Assembly (NCBI GenBank): GCA_023417775.1
Contig: JAEZEJ010000065.1
Span: forward strand, 2,239-42,238
DNA from: Actinomycetes bacterium
Lineage (GTDB): Bacteria > Actinomycetota > Actinomycetes > Propionibacteriales > Nocardioidaceae
Length of the DNA stretch: 40,000 nt
Reading direction: 5' to 3'
The position numbers were made by a program, and so were the translations under genes. Positions within the stretch are counted from its first letter, which is position 1; each line of letters starts with the position of its first letter. This document shows positions 27,102 to 34,975 of this stretch, piece by piece. A model generated the notes under the pieces. The model ran no database searches and had not been told where the DNA came from. It saw nothing but the letters and a program-made list of their open reading frames with translations.

Positions 27102-28169
27102 TCATGCCTCGCCGGCGATGCGCTTCGCCTGCTCGCGCGCCGCCGCCTGGAACATGCGCCGGATCCGGGCCACGCCGAGATCGTGCTGGTAGAGGTGCTC
27201 GCCCTGGTCCGCATCGACCGCGAAGTTCTCCAGCATCATCCGGTCCTGCTCCAGGACCTCCCAGTGCTTGGCCTCGAGCGTGGTCTTGTAGAGGAAGCGC
27301 CAGACCTCGGCCTCCCAACCGGTGACCTCGCGGGTGCGCCAGTGGAACACGGCGGTCAGGTTCTCGGTGATCGGCGTCGGGATGCCGACGATGCCGAAGG
27401 GGCCGCCCGGGCCGGCATCCGGGCCGTAGGGGATCTCCAGATCGACATAGGAGAGCGCATTCTGCTCCACGTACTCGACCCAGTCGAAGTTCTGTCCGCG
27501 CTGATCGGTCTTCTCGAAGAAGAAGCCGCGGTCGGTCTCACGGATGCGGAACCGGGCGGTCGTGTCGCCGCGGTACATCGAGTGCGAGTCCGCGTGCAGG
27601 AAGGCGCCGTGCATCGGATCGAGCACATTGTCGAGGTAGTAGCGCCAGGGCGCCTTCCACTCGACATAGTTGACGAAGTGCGTGTGCTCGTCCGAGGCGA
27701 GGCGGTCGGGCAGCTTCAACTCGGGTGCCTTGCTGTCCGGTGTCGCCGGGAACCACGCGAAGATCGCCCCGGCGCCCTCGGCGACCTCCAGGCTCAGCGT
27801 GGCCTGCTTGCCCTCCAGGGCGCATCCGGGCATGCCGGGCACCTTGACGACGGTGCCGGTCGGATCGACCTCGACTCCGTGATACTGGCAGCGCACCCGA
27901 TCGCCCAGGTGCTGGCCGATGGACAGCGGAGCGTTGCGGTGCGGGCAGCGGTCGGCGAGCACCGAGACGCGTCCTCCGGCGTCCCGGAACACCAGCCAGT
28001 CCTTGCCCAGCCGGGTCACCTTCTGCATCTCGCCGGGCTTCACGAGCGCCGAGGGCAGGACGGGATACCAGTGATCGCGCAGCCCGGTCGCCTGCAGCTC
28101 CTCGAAGGTCAGCGGTCCGGAGTTCTTGCCCGCGGCGTTGACGCGCGGCGCGGTGGTCATGGTGCTCAT
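27102..28169 (-). CDS. Rieske [2Fe-2S] non-heme-iron oxygenase, alpha-only class IA type (VanA/phthalate-family-like)
   Basis: 355 aa from ATG (complement 28167-28169). Rieske motif CPHRNAPLSIGQHLGDRVRCQYHG. Mononuclear iron motif NVLDPMHGAFLH. Confidence 0.88.
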   Translation of the reverse strand: MSTMTTAPRVNAAGKNSGPLTFEELQATGLRDHWYPVLPSALVKPGEMQKVTRLGKDWLVFRDAGGRVSVLADRCPHRNAPLSIGQHLGDRVRCQYHGVEVDPTGTVVKVPGMPGCALEGKQATLSLEVAEGAGAIFAWFPATPDSKAPELKLPDRLASDEHTHFVNYVEWKAPWRYYLDNVLDPMHGAFLHADSHSMYRGDTTARFRIRETDRGFFFEKTDQRGQNFDWVEYVEQNALSYVDLEIPYGPDAGPGGPFGIVGIPTPITENLTAVFHWRTREVTGWEAEVWRFLYKTTLEAKHWEVLEQDRMMLENFAVDADQGEHLYQHDLGVARIRRMFQAAAREQAKRIAGEA

Positions 28170-28170
28170 G

Positions 28171-28392
28171 TCATTCTCCCAGTCGTCGCATCTCGGCACG
28201 GAAGGTCTCTTCGGTCCACTCACTGCCGTCCGGCGCGGTGGAACCACGTTCGTTGAGGGCCGCGACGAGCGCGGGCAGCGTCTCGTGGCCTTCGGAGAAG
28301 ATCGCGTGGATGAGTCCGGCGAGCTTCATCTCATAGGGCGTCGGCGGCTCGTCCCGCGTCTGCATCGGTTCGAGGTACAGCGGTGATTCCAT
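28171..28392 (-). CDS. Small protein with recombinase-like helix-turn-helix segment
   Basis: 73 aa. GGAGGA RBS. Stop 1 nt from the Rieske start. ALNERGSTAPDGSEWTEETFRAEMRRLG resembles the LNxxGxxxxxGxxWT motif of serine-recombinase 'Recombinase' domains. Confidence 0.5.
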   Translation of the reverse strand: MESPLYLEPMQTRDEPPTPYEMKLAGLIHAIFSEGHETLPALVAALNERGSTAPDGSEWTEETFRAEMRRLGE

Positions 28393-28409
28393 GATTCCTC
28401 CGGTGGTGA

Positions 28410-29006
28410 TCAAGCGGGGGTAGTGGGTACCGAGGGATCGGCGACCGCGTCGCTGTCCAGCGACCGCAGACCCTCGACGATGGAGATGAACGAGTTCGAC
28501 CACGCGCTGAACGATCCGGGACGCGAGTCGTGGGCGGGCAGCTCCACGTGATCGATGACGACGAAGACGCCATTGGGGATCTCACCGGCGAGCGTCTGGG
28601 ACTCCTCGAGTCCGCTGGTGCCGTCGGGACAGGCGGCGACCACGAGGGCAGGCACCGTGACCGATGACAGCTCACCGGTCACATCACCGAGGTCGCTCGA
28701 CGGGCTGCAGTCGGCGAGCACGAGCGACTTGACGAGATCGGGGCGGGTGACCGCGAGGCGGACGGCGACCGCCCCGTCGGGGCCGCTCGCCACGATGTGC
28801 ACGGGTGCGCCGAACTCCTCGATGGTCCCGGCGGCGGTCGCGGCGCGCTGGTCGAGGCCCTGGCCGGCCTCGAAGCTGACCGAGAGATGCGTGTGCTCGT
28901 CCAGATTCGGGCGTGACCAGCTCTCGTGGCTGTGCAGGGTCAGCACGGCCGCCTCGGCGGAATCGATCGCGCCGACGCCGTTGGGGCTGATGGGGGTCTC
29001 AGTCAC
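28410..29006 (-). CDS. Short alpha/beta-hydrolase-fold protein, apparently lacking nucleophile Ser and lid
   Basis: 198 aa. VHIVASGPDGAVAVRLAVTRPDLVKSLVLAD aligns by eye to VHLVGHSMGGxVAxxxAxxxPxxVxSLVLxD with Gly at the Ser position. C-terminal VPALVVAACPDG...IPNGVFVVI...PAHDSRP is retained. 8-nt overlap with the upstream ThDP gene. Confidence 0.55.
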   Translation of the reverse strand: MTETPISPNGVGAIDSAEAAVLTLHSHESWSRPNLDEHTHLSVSFEAGQGLDQRAATAAGTIEEFGAPVHIVASGPDGAVAVRLAVTRPDLVKSLVLADCSPSSDLGDVTGELSSVTVPALVVAACPDGTSGLEESQTLAGEIPNGVFVVIDHVELPAHDSRPGSFSAWSNSFISIVEGLRSLDSDAVADPSVPTTPA

Positions 29007-30687
29007 GGGTCTCCTCCTTGCTGCGGGGGTCTGCGGTGGGGCGCTCAGGGACGTGCACGGGCGGCACGAAGGGCGCCGGTGCCGGTGACAGCGCGGTCAC
29101 GTCGACCTCGATCACCATCGGGGCCCGCAGATCGACCGCCTTGTGCAGCGCGCTGCTGAACTCGTCCGCATCGCGGGCCAGCGCATAGGGCAGCGCCAGG
29201 GCGGCCGCGAGACCGCCGAAGTCGGGTGTGAAGAGGTCCACACCGTGGCGTTCGCCGGAGTGTGCCTCCTGCAGATTGCGCAGTACGCCGTAGCCGCCGT
29301 CGTTGAAGATGACGAGCACGCACCAGGGCGCCTCGCCGGCGAGGGTGGCCATCTCGCCGAGGTGGACCACGAGTCCGCCGTCGCCGGCCATGATCAGGGT
29401 CGGCACGTCCGGGCGGCCGACCGCCGCACCGATGCCCATCGCCAGTCCCTGGCCGATGCCCCCGCCGAGCGGGAAGATATTCGATCGCGGATCGACGATC
29501 GGCAGCAGCCGGTTGCCCCAGGAGCTGGACGGGATGGTGACATCGCGGGCGATGATCGAGCCGGTCGGCAGGATCTCGTCGATCGCGGTGCAGATGTCGC
29601 CGTAGGCGCCGATGTTCTCGGTCATCACCGCGCGGACCTTCTCGCGGGTCGCGGTGACGCGATCGGCCCAGCCCGCCTCGGAGCCGTCGCTGTCCGCGAG
29701 CGCGGCGAGCAGGCGGGGGACGATCTCGGCCGCATCGCCGACGAGACCGACCTCGGCGGGGTACACCCGGCCGATCGCGGCCGCGTCGACATCGATCGCG
29801 ATCTGGCTCTGGGGGAGCGGCAGGTGATAGGAGCGCGTCTCATTGGACCGGAAATGGGTCCCGATACTCAGCAGCACGTCGGCATCGTCGATGAGGTCGT
29901 CGAGTCCCGGATTCGAGGCGAAGTTGCCGAGTACGAGGGGGTGGTCCTCCGGCACGCTGCCGCGGCCCGCGTTGCTGGTGAGCAGCCCCGCGCCGAGCTG
30001 CTCGATGAGCTCCCGCAGCGGTGCGCCGATCGCGCGGGCGCCGCCCCCGGCCCACAGCAGCGGTCGCCGGGCGGAGCGCAGCAGGGCTGCCGCGGCCTCG
30101 ATCTCGTCGTCCTCGGGGCTGCGTGGCTCGCCGATGACGGGTGAGGCCGCGACCTGGCGCTCGGGCTCCCCGAGATACTGCAGGTCGATCGGCCACTCGA
30201 CGCTGGCCGGCGCATGGGGCAGGGTCTGCAGGTCGGCGATCGCGTCCTCGAGCACCCGCTCGGCATCGTCGACCTGTTCGACGGTGCGCGCGAAACGCGA
30301 GATCGACTCCAGCATCTGCAGCTGACGGGGCACCTCGTGGATCACCCCGCGACCGGAGCCCAGGTGCTCGCTGTCGATCTGGCCGGTGATGTGCAGGACG
30401 CGGCTGCCGGCGGAGAGGGCCTCGAGCATCGAGCCGGCCGCATTGCCGGCGCCGGTGCCGGTGCTGGTGATCGCCACACCGAAGCGCCCGGTCGCCCGGG
30501 CGTAGCCGTCGGCCGCGTTGACGGCCGCGGCTTCGTGCCGGACCGGCACGAAGCGCAGCTCCCGATCCACCGCCTCGATCAGCGGGAGATTGTGGATGCT
30601 GACGACGCCGAAGGCGACCTCGACACCGTGCCGGCGCATCACGTCGACGAGGATGTCGCCGCCGGTGGGCTGCTGAGGATCGGACAT
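28999..30687 (-). CDS. Thiamine-diphosphate-dependent enzyme (acetolactate-synthase-like superfamily), second paralogue in the window
   Basis: 562 aa from ATG (complement 30685-30687) with [39 protein letters not shown], ThDP motif GDGGLVVHLGEM...VIFNDGGYG. Confidence 0.85.
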   Translation of the reverse strand: MSDPQQPTGGDILVDVMRRHGVEVAFGVVSIHNLPLIEAVDRELRFVPVRHEAAAVNAADGYARATGRFGVAITSTGTGAGNAAGSMLEALSAGSRVLHITGQIDSEHLGSGRGVIHEVPRQLQMLESISRFARTVEQVDDAERVLEDAIADLQTLPHAPASVEWPIDLQYLGEPERQVAASPVIGEPRSPEDDEIEAAAALLRSARRPLLWAGGGARAIGAPLRELIEQLGAGLLTSNAGRGSVPEDHPLVLGNFASNPGLDDLIDDADVLLSIGTHFRSNETRSYHLPLPQSQIAIDVDAAAIGRVYPAEVGLVGDAAEIVPRLLAALADSDGSEAGWADRVTATREKVRAVMTENIGAYGDICTAIDEILPTGSIIARDVTIPSSSWGNRLLPIVDPRSNIFPLGGGIGQGLAMGIGAAVGRPDVPTLIMAGDGGLVVHLGEMATLAGEAPWCVLVIFNDGGYGVLRNLQEAHSGERHGVDLFTPDFGGLAAALALPYALARDADEFSSALHKAVDLRAPMVIEVDVTALSPAPAPFVPPVHVPERPTADPRSKEETRD

Positions 30688-30703
30688 GGGTTCTCCTGGT
30701 GGG

Positions 30704-31498
30704 TCAGACGTAGCGGGCGACGCCGCCGCCGACATCGATGCAGGCGCCGGTGGTGTAGCCGGACAGGGGGGACAGCAGCGAGACGATCGGGAAGGCGACC
30801 TCCTCGGCGGTGCCGAGCCGTCCGAGGACGATGCCCCGGTCGGCCGCGAGCCGGCCGGTCCACTCGGCGTAGTCGAGGTCGCTGCCGGAGGACTCGTAGC
30901 GCCGGGTCCACTGGCCCGTGTCGACGAGGCCGAGCAGCACGGAGTTGACGCGGATGCCGTCGGCGCCGAGGGAGTGGCTGAGCGTCTGAGTGAGGTTCAG
31001 CAGTCCGGCCCGAGCCGCGGAGGTGATCGCCAGCTTCGCCTCGGGCTGGCGGGCGAGGATCGCGTTGACCGCCACGACCGAGGCGATCTCGGAGGCCGCG
31101 AGGTGCTTGGCCGCTGCCCGGACGATGTTGAGCACGCCGAATAGCTTCAGCTCGAACTCCTCGCGAATCTGGTCGTCGGTGGTCTCGTCGATCGTCGCCA
31201 TGAGCGAGCGGCCGGCATTGCAGACGACACCGTCGATGCCGCCGAAGGCCTGGGTGGCGGAGTCGACGAAGGAGGCCATCGCGGCCGCGTCGGTGACATC
31301 CGCGGAGACGGCGTGGATCCTGCCCGGCGACTCGATCTCGGCCTGTGCGGCGCGCAGGGTCGCGTCGAGGCGCTCGGCATCGCGCGCGCAGGCAGCGACG
31401 TTCGCGCCCTCGGCGAGCAGCATCCGGGCGGTGGCCAGTCCGACGCCGGAGCTGGCACCGGTCACCAGGACGGTGCGGTCGCGCAGTCGCAGGTCCAT
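30704..31498 (-). CDS. SDR-family protein with intact cofactor motif but non-canonical catalytic positions
   Basis: 264 aa. TGASSGVG and CNAG are present. Where classical SDRs have YxxxK, counting back from IRVN gives T-S-A-A-R (LAITSAARAGLL). Confidence 0.75.
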   Translation of the reverse strand: MDLRLRDRTVLVTGASSGVGLATARMLLAEGANVAACARDAERLDATLRAAQAEIESPGRIHAVSADVTDAAAMASFVDSATQAFGGIDGVVCNAGRSLMATIDETTDDQIREEFELKLFGVLNIVRAAAKHLAASEIASVVAVNAILARQPEAKLAITSAARAGLLNLTQTLSHSLGADGIRVNSVLLGLVDTGQWTRRYESSGSDLDYAEWTGRLAADRGIVLGRLGTAEEVAFPIVSLLSPLSGYTTGACIDVGGGVARYV

Positions 31499-31526
31499 CG
31501 CATTCCCTTTCGGTCGAAGATCGAGG

Positions 31527-32270
31527 TCAGTGCATGACGAAGCCACCGTCGACGACGAGCGTCTGACCGGTGACGTAGCGGGCATCGTCGGACAGCAGGA
31601 AGGCCACGGCCCCGGACATGTCCTCCGGGGTCTGGTCGCGGTCGAGCGCGCGACCCGTGCGGTACAGGTCGTAGCGCTCGTCCGGGACGGTCTCGGTCGC
31701 CTCGACGCGGGTCAGCCCGGGAGCCACCGCGTTGACGCGCACCTCGTCGGGACCGGCATCGCGGGCCATCGCCCGGGTCATGGAGATGATCGCTCCCTTG
31801 GAGGCGATGTAGTGCGCGAGGCGCGGGGAGCCGTAGAGCGCGGCATCCGAGGCGAGGTTGACGATCGCTCCACGGTGCTGGGCGATCTGAGGGTAGAGGG
31901 CGCGGGACACCAGCCAGGTGCCGCGGACGTTCACGTCGAGGACGCGGCTGAAGGCGTCCTCGGGGATCTCGTGGAAGGGCAGGCCGCCGACGCCGTCGGC
32001 GAGGGCGGCGTTGTTGACCAGGCCGTGCGCACCGCCGAGGGCCCGGGCGGCCTCGCCGAGCGCGGCGACCGAGTCCGCATCGGCGACATCGGTGTCGACC
32101 CGGTGCGCCTCGATGCCGAGGCCGGTCAGCTGCGCGAGTCCCTGTTCGGCGACCTCGCTGCGCAGCTCGGCCACCACGATGCGGGCGCCGTCGCGTCCGA
32201 GGCGTTCGGCGATCGCCAGGCCGAGGCCGCGCCCGGCGCCGGTGACCACGTACAGCGGAGCCTCGCTCAT
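31527..32270 (-). CDS. Classical SDR-family oxidoreductase
   Basis: 247 aa. TGAGRGLG, NNAA, catalytic LASDAALYGSPRLAHYIASKGA (S...YxxxK). ATGA overlap with the upstream hydrolase gene. Confidence 0.88.
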   Translation of the reverse strand: MSEAPLYVVTGAGRGLGLAIAERLGRDGARIVVAELRSEVAEQGLAQLTGLGIEAHRVDTDVADADSVAALGEAARALGGAHGLVNNAALADGVGGLPFHEIPEDAFSRVLDVNVRGTWLVSRALYPQIAQHRGAIVNLASDAALYGSPRLAHYIASKGAIISMTRAMARDAGPDEVRVNAVAPGLTRVEATETVPDERYDLYRTGRALDRDQTPEDMSGAVAFLLSDDARYVTGQTLVVDGGFVMH

Positions 32271-33103
32271 CGGCTCGTCCTCTCGACGGCGGGCAGACCC
32301 GACAGGAAGGTCAGCAGCTCGGCGGCGACCTCGGCGGCGCGCTCCTGCGAGGCGGCATGGCCGGCCCCGGTGATCTCGGCGTACCGCGCCCCGGCGATCT
32401 CGCGGGCGAGCAGCCGCGACTCGTCGACGCCCGTCACCCGATCCTCGTCGCCGACCACGACGAGCGTGGGCACGCGGAGGGTCGGCAGCAGCGGTCCGGT
32501 GTCGCTCTGGGCCATCATCTCGGCGGCGCCCCGGTAGCCGGGCAGGCGGACGCGTCCCATGTGGTCGGCGACCTCGGCCGCGATCGCCGGGTCGGCGCCG
32601 TCGGCGAGCAGCCGGGGGGCACGACGCGCGGCGAAAGCGGGTCCCCCGAGCTCGATCAGCTCGTCGACCCGTGCTCGCATCCCGGCGGCCTTCTCCTCGG
32701 CGGTCCCGGAACCCCGGGTGCTGTCGATGAGGGCGAGGGAGGCGACCCGCTCGGGGGCGCGTGCCGCGACGTGGGTCGCGATCACCCCGCCCCAGGAGAC
32801 GCCGACGAGGTGCGCGGTCTCGGCACCCAGTCGATCGAGGAGCCGTAGGACGGTCTCGACATAGGCGCCGGGGGAGTCCGTCCCGAGGACATCGTCCACG
32901 GGGTCGGGGGATGCGCCGTATCCCGGTGCGTCCCAGGCCACGGCCGTCCAGCCGGCTTGGGAAAGCAGCTCGCCCATCGCGGAGAATGCGTCGGCGCGGC
33001 CGCCGATGCCGTGCAGGAGGAGGATCGGGGTCGGCTGCGGCGAGGAGCCCGGGGAGGGGGTCCAGGTGCGCACGGCGACATCGGCGGGCTGAGGGGCGGT
33101 CAT
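32267..33103 (-). CDS. Alpha/beta hydrolase (meta-cleavage-product-hydrolase-like)
   Basis: 278 aa. LLLHGIGG, nucleophile elbow GVSWGG, C-terminal VVVGDEDRV...GAGHAASQE. ATGA overlap with the upstream gene. Confidence 0.82.
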   Translation of the reverse strand: MTAPQPADVAVRTWTPSPGSSPQPTPILLLHGIGGRADAFSAMGELLSQAGWTAVAWDAPGYGASPDPVDDVLGTDSPGAYVETVLRLLDRLGAETAHLVGVSWGGVIATHVAARAPERVASLALIDSTRGSGTAEEKAAGMRARVDELIELGGPAFAARRAPRLLADGADPAIAAEVADHMGRVRLPGYRGAAEMMAQSDTGPLLPTLRVPTLVVVGDEDRVTGVDESRLLAREIAGARYAEITGAGHAASQERAAEVAAELLTFLSGLPAVERTSR

Positions 33104-33879
33104 AGCACCGTCTCCTTGCGTCCCGCGAGGTCGCGGATCGCCCGGAGCACACTGAGCGGGACGAGGCCCGAGGTCGCCGGGTTCTCCGGCGATGGCTGGT
33201 TCGCGATCCGGAAGCGATAGGTGCCCGTGGTCGACTCGACGGTGATGTCGTGGGTCGTCACGGTGCACTCGGGATCGGCGAAGACCGCGGCCTCCACGAG
33301 TGCGGGGGATCCGGCGGCGGCTGCCACGGCCATCGCCACATTCGCCGAGGCCGGGAAGGCGCCGGCGATGTGCTGGGGGCTGCCGCGCAGCACCTCGACG
33401 CGACCGGCGGCCTCCAGCAGCTCGGTGCGCTGAGCCTCGGACATCCAGTCCTGGATCAGGGTGCGAGGGCGCTTGGTGGTCTCGATCGAGGCGTGCTGCA
33501 GGGTGCCGGCGTCCGCGACGGCGCGGAGCACGTCGAGTCCGCCGATCGCGCCGGTCGAGAGGTAGAGGCGTCCGGGCCCGGCCGCGAGCCGATCGTGGAG
33601 ATCGTCATCGCCGAGGGCGCCGATGGAGAGCACGAGCAGGTCGACGCCCGCTGCGACGATCGAGGGTCCGAGGGCCGCCACCGCCGGCTGCCCGGCGGCC
33701 TCGACGACCAGATCGGCCTCATCGAGCCAGGTGTCACCCTCGATCGCCTCGCCATCGGGCCGGGTCGCCCCGGTGCGGTCGACCACGGCGGTCAACCGGG
33801 CGCCGTGGATCCGTCCGGACGCGAGGGCCTCCCGGACCGGACCGCCGATGGCCCCCTTGCCCAGCACGACCACCCGCAA
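33100..33879 (-). CDS. Aspartate-dehydrogenase (NadX)-like NAD(P)-binding dehydrogenase
   Basis: VVVLGKGAIGG Rossmann start. STGAIGGLDVLRA and ASANVAMAVAAA...TTHDITVES are typical of the NadX/DUF108 family. Start uncertain: TTG 33879 (GGGAGGG RBS 5 nt upstream) or GTG 33873. The track ORF to 33996 adds an implausible lower-GC extension. Confidence 0.75.
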   Translation of the reverse strand: MRVVVLGKGAIGGPVREALASGRIHGARLTAVVDRTGATRPDGEAIEGDTWLDEADLVVEAAGQPAVAALGPSIVAAGVDLLVLSIGALGDDDLHDRLAAGPGRLYLSTGAIGGLDVLRAVADAGTLQHASIETTKRPRTLIQDWMSEAQRTELLEAAGRVEVLRGSPQHIAGAFPASANVAMAVAAAAGSPALVEAAVFADPECTVTTHDITVESTTGTYRFRIANQPSPENPATSGLVPLSVLRAIRDLAGRKETVL

Positions 33880-33912
33880 GGACCCTCCCTGGACCGAGAT
33901 GTGCTCCGAGTT

Positions 33913-33940
33913 CGTCAACCGATCTGGTCGTTGGTTGACG
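33913..33940. promoter_or_regulatory. 8-bp perfect inverted repeat CGTCAACC-N12-GGTTGACG in the largest intra-operon gap
   Basis: Read directly. Lies between the dioxygenase stop (33997) and the NadX-like start (33879). Confidence 0.3.
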
Positions 33941-33996
33941 CTTCGGGAGCAAATCTCGGTCCAGGCCGTGGTGCGCTCGCTCATGTCTGCTCGCAC

Positions 33997-34950
33997 TCAG
34001 GCCGTCGTCGAGAGGCGGGTGAGGTGGCCCGAGTCGGGGATGCCGGCCATGTGCCGGCGGATCTTCTCGGTGGGCGGGCCCGCGGTGCCCCACTGGTCCG
34101 AGAGCTCCGGGGTCCGCTTCCAGACCCGGCAGAGCCAGCTGTCCTCGTCGATCTGCGCGACCTCGGAGGTGTACTCGCACACCAGCCCGGCCGGATCGGT
34201 GAAGTACGAGAAGGTGTTGTCGCCCGGGCCGTGGCGGCCCGGTCCCCACTCGGGGCTGACCCCGGTCTGCTTGAGCTTGCCGATGCCGCGCATGAAGTGG
34301 TCGACCGTGGGCATCTCATAGGCGACGTGGTTGACCGACGTCCACGGGGCCTGGTTGAAGGCGATGACGTGGTGGTCGCTATTGCAGCGGAGGAAGGCCA
34401 TCTGGTGCTCGGACCAGTCTGAGATCCGCATGCCCAGCACCTCGGTGTAGAAGGCGCAGGCGGCGTCGATGTCGACGGTGTTGAGCACGACGTGGGCGAT
34501 CTTGCGGGGGATCGCCTCGCGGCCGTTGGCGTCCTGGGCGGTCACCGCGTAGCGGTCCGCGCTGAGCTCGATCAGCCGGCCCTCGGGGTCGACGAACTGC
34601 ACGCCGTAGCCGCCGGCGGCGTCGTCGAGCGGCCCGGGCTCGTGGATGATCGGCACGCCGAGGGTCTCCAGCGCGCGGGCCGCGTCGTCGACCTCCCGGC
34701 GGGTGGCGACGGCGAACACGATGCGGCCGAGGGCGTTCTCCTCATGGTGGCCGAGGTGCAGGATGTGGTGCTCCTCGCCGGTGCCGCGCAGCCAGGCAGC
34801 GTCATCGCCCTGGTCGACGGCGCTGAGACCCCACGAGCCGGTGTAGAAGTCGATCGCCGCCCGGGGATCGGGCACGAGCAGCGAGACCGAGCGCAGCGAG
34901 CGCACGGTGGCGACGGGAGGTCCGGGGTTGACGATCACTGAATCGGTCAC
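33997..34950 (-). CDS. Type I two-domain extradiol ring-cleavage dioxygenase (VOC superfamily)
   Basis: 317 aa from GTG (complement 34948-34950). HHILHL, IAHVVLNTVDIDAACAFY, HHVIAF, EWGPGRHGPGDNTFSYFTDPAGLVCEY (metal-ligand His/His/Glu pattern). Confidence 0.88.
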   Translation of the reverse strand: MTDSVIVNPGPPVATVRSLRSVSLLVPDPRAAIDFYTGSWGLSAVDQGDDAAWLRGTGEEHHILHLGHHEENALGRIVFAVATRREVDDAARALETLGVPIIHEPGPLDDAAGGYGVQFVDPEGRLIELSADRYAVTAQDANGREAIPRKIAHVVLNTVDIDAACAFYTEVLGMRISDWSEHQMAFLRCNSDHHVIAFNQAPWTSVNHVAYEMPTVDHFMRGIGKLKQTGVSPEWGPGRHGPGDNTFSYFTDPAGLVCEYTSEVAQIDEDSWLCRVWKRTPELSDQWGTAGPPTEKIRRHMAGIPDSGHLTRLSTTA

Positions 34951-34975
34951 GGTGGGCTCCAAAGGGGTGGAAGGA

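Noticed and set aside
33880-33996. An N-terminal extension of the NadX-like ORF (MRADMSERTTAWTEICSRSVNQ...).
   Set aside because: The extension has lower GC and poor codon bias. The Rossmann motif VVVLGKGAIGG should be near the N-terminus, and a GGGAGGG RBS precedes TTG 33879.
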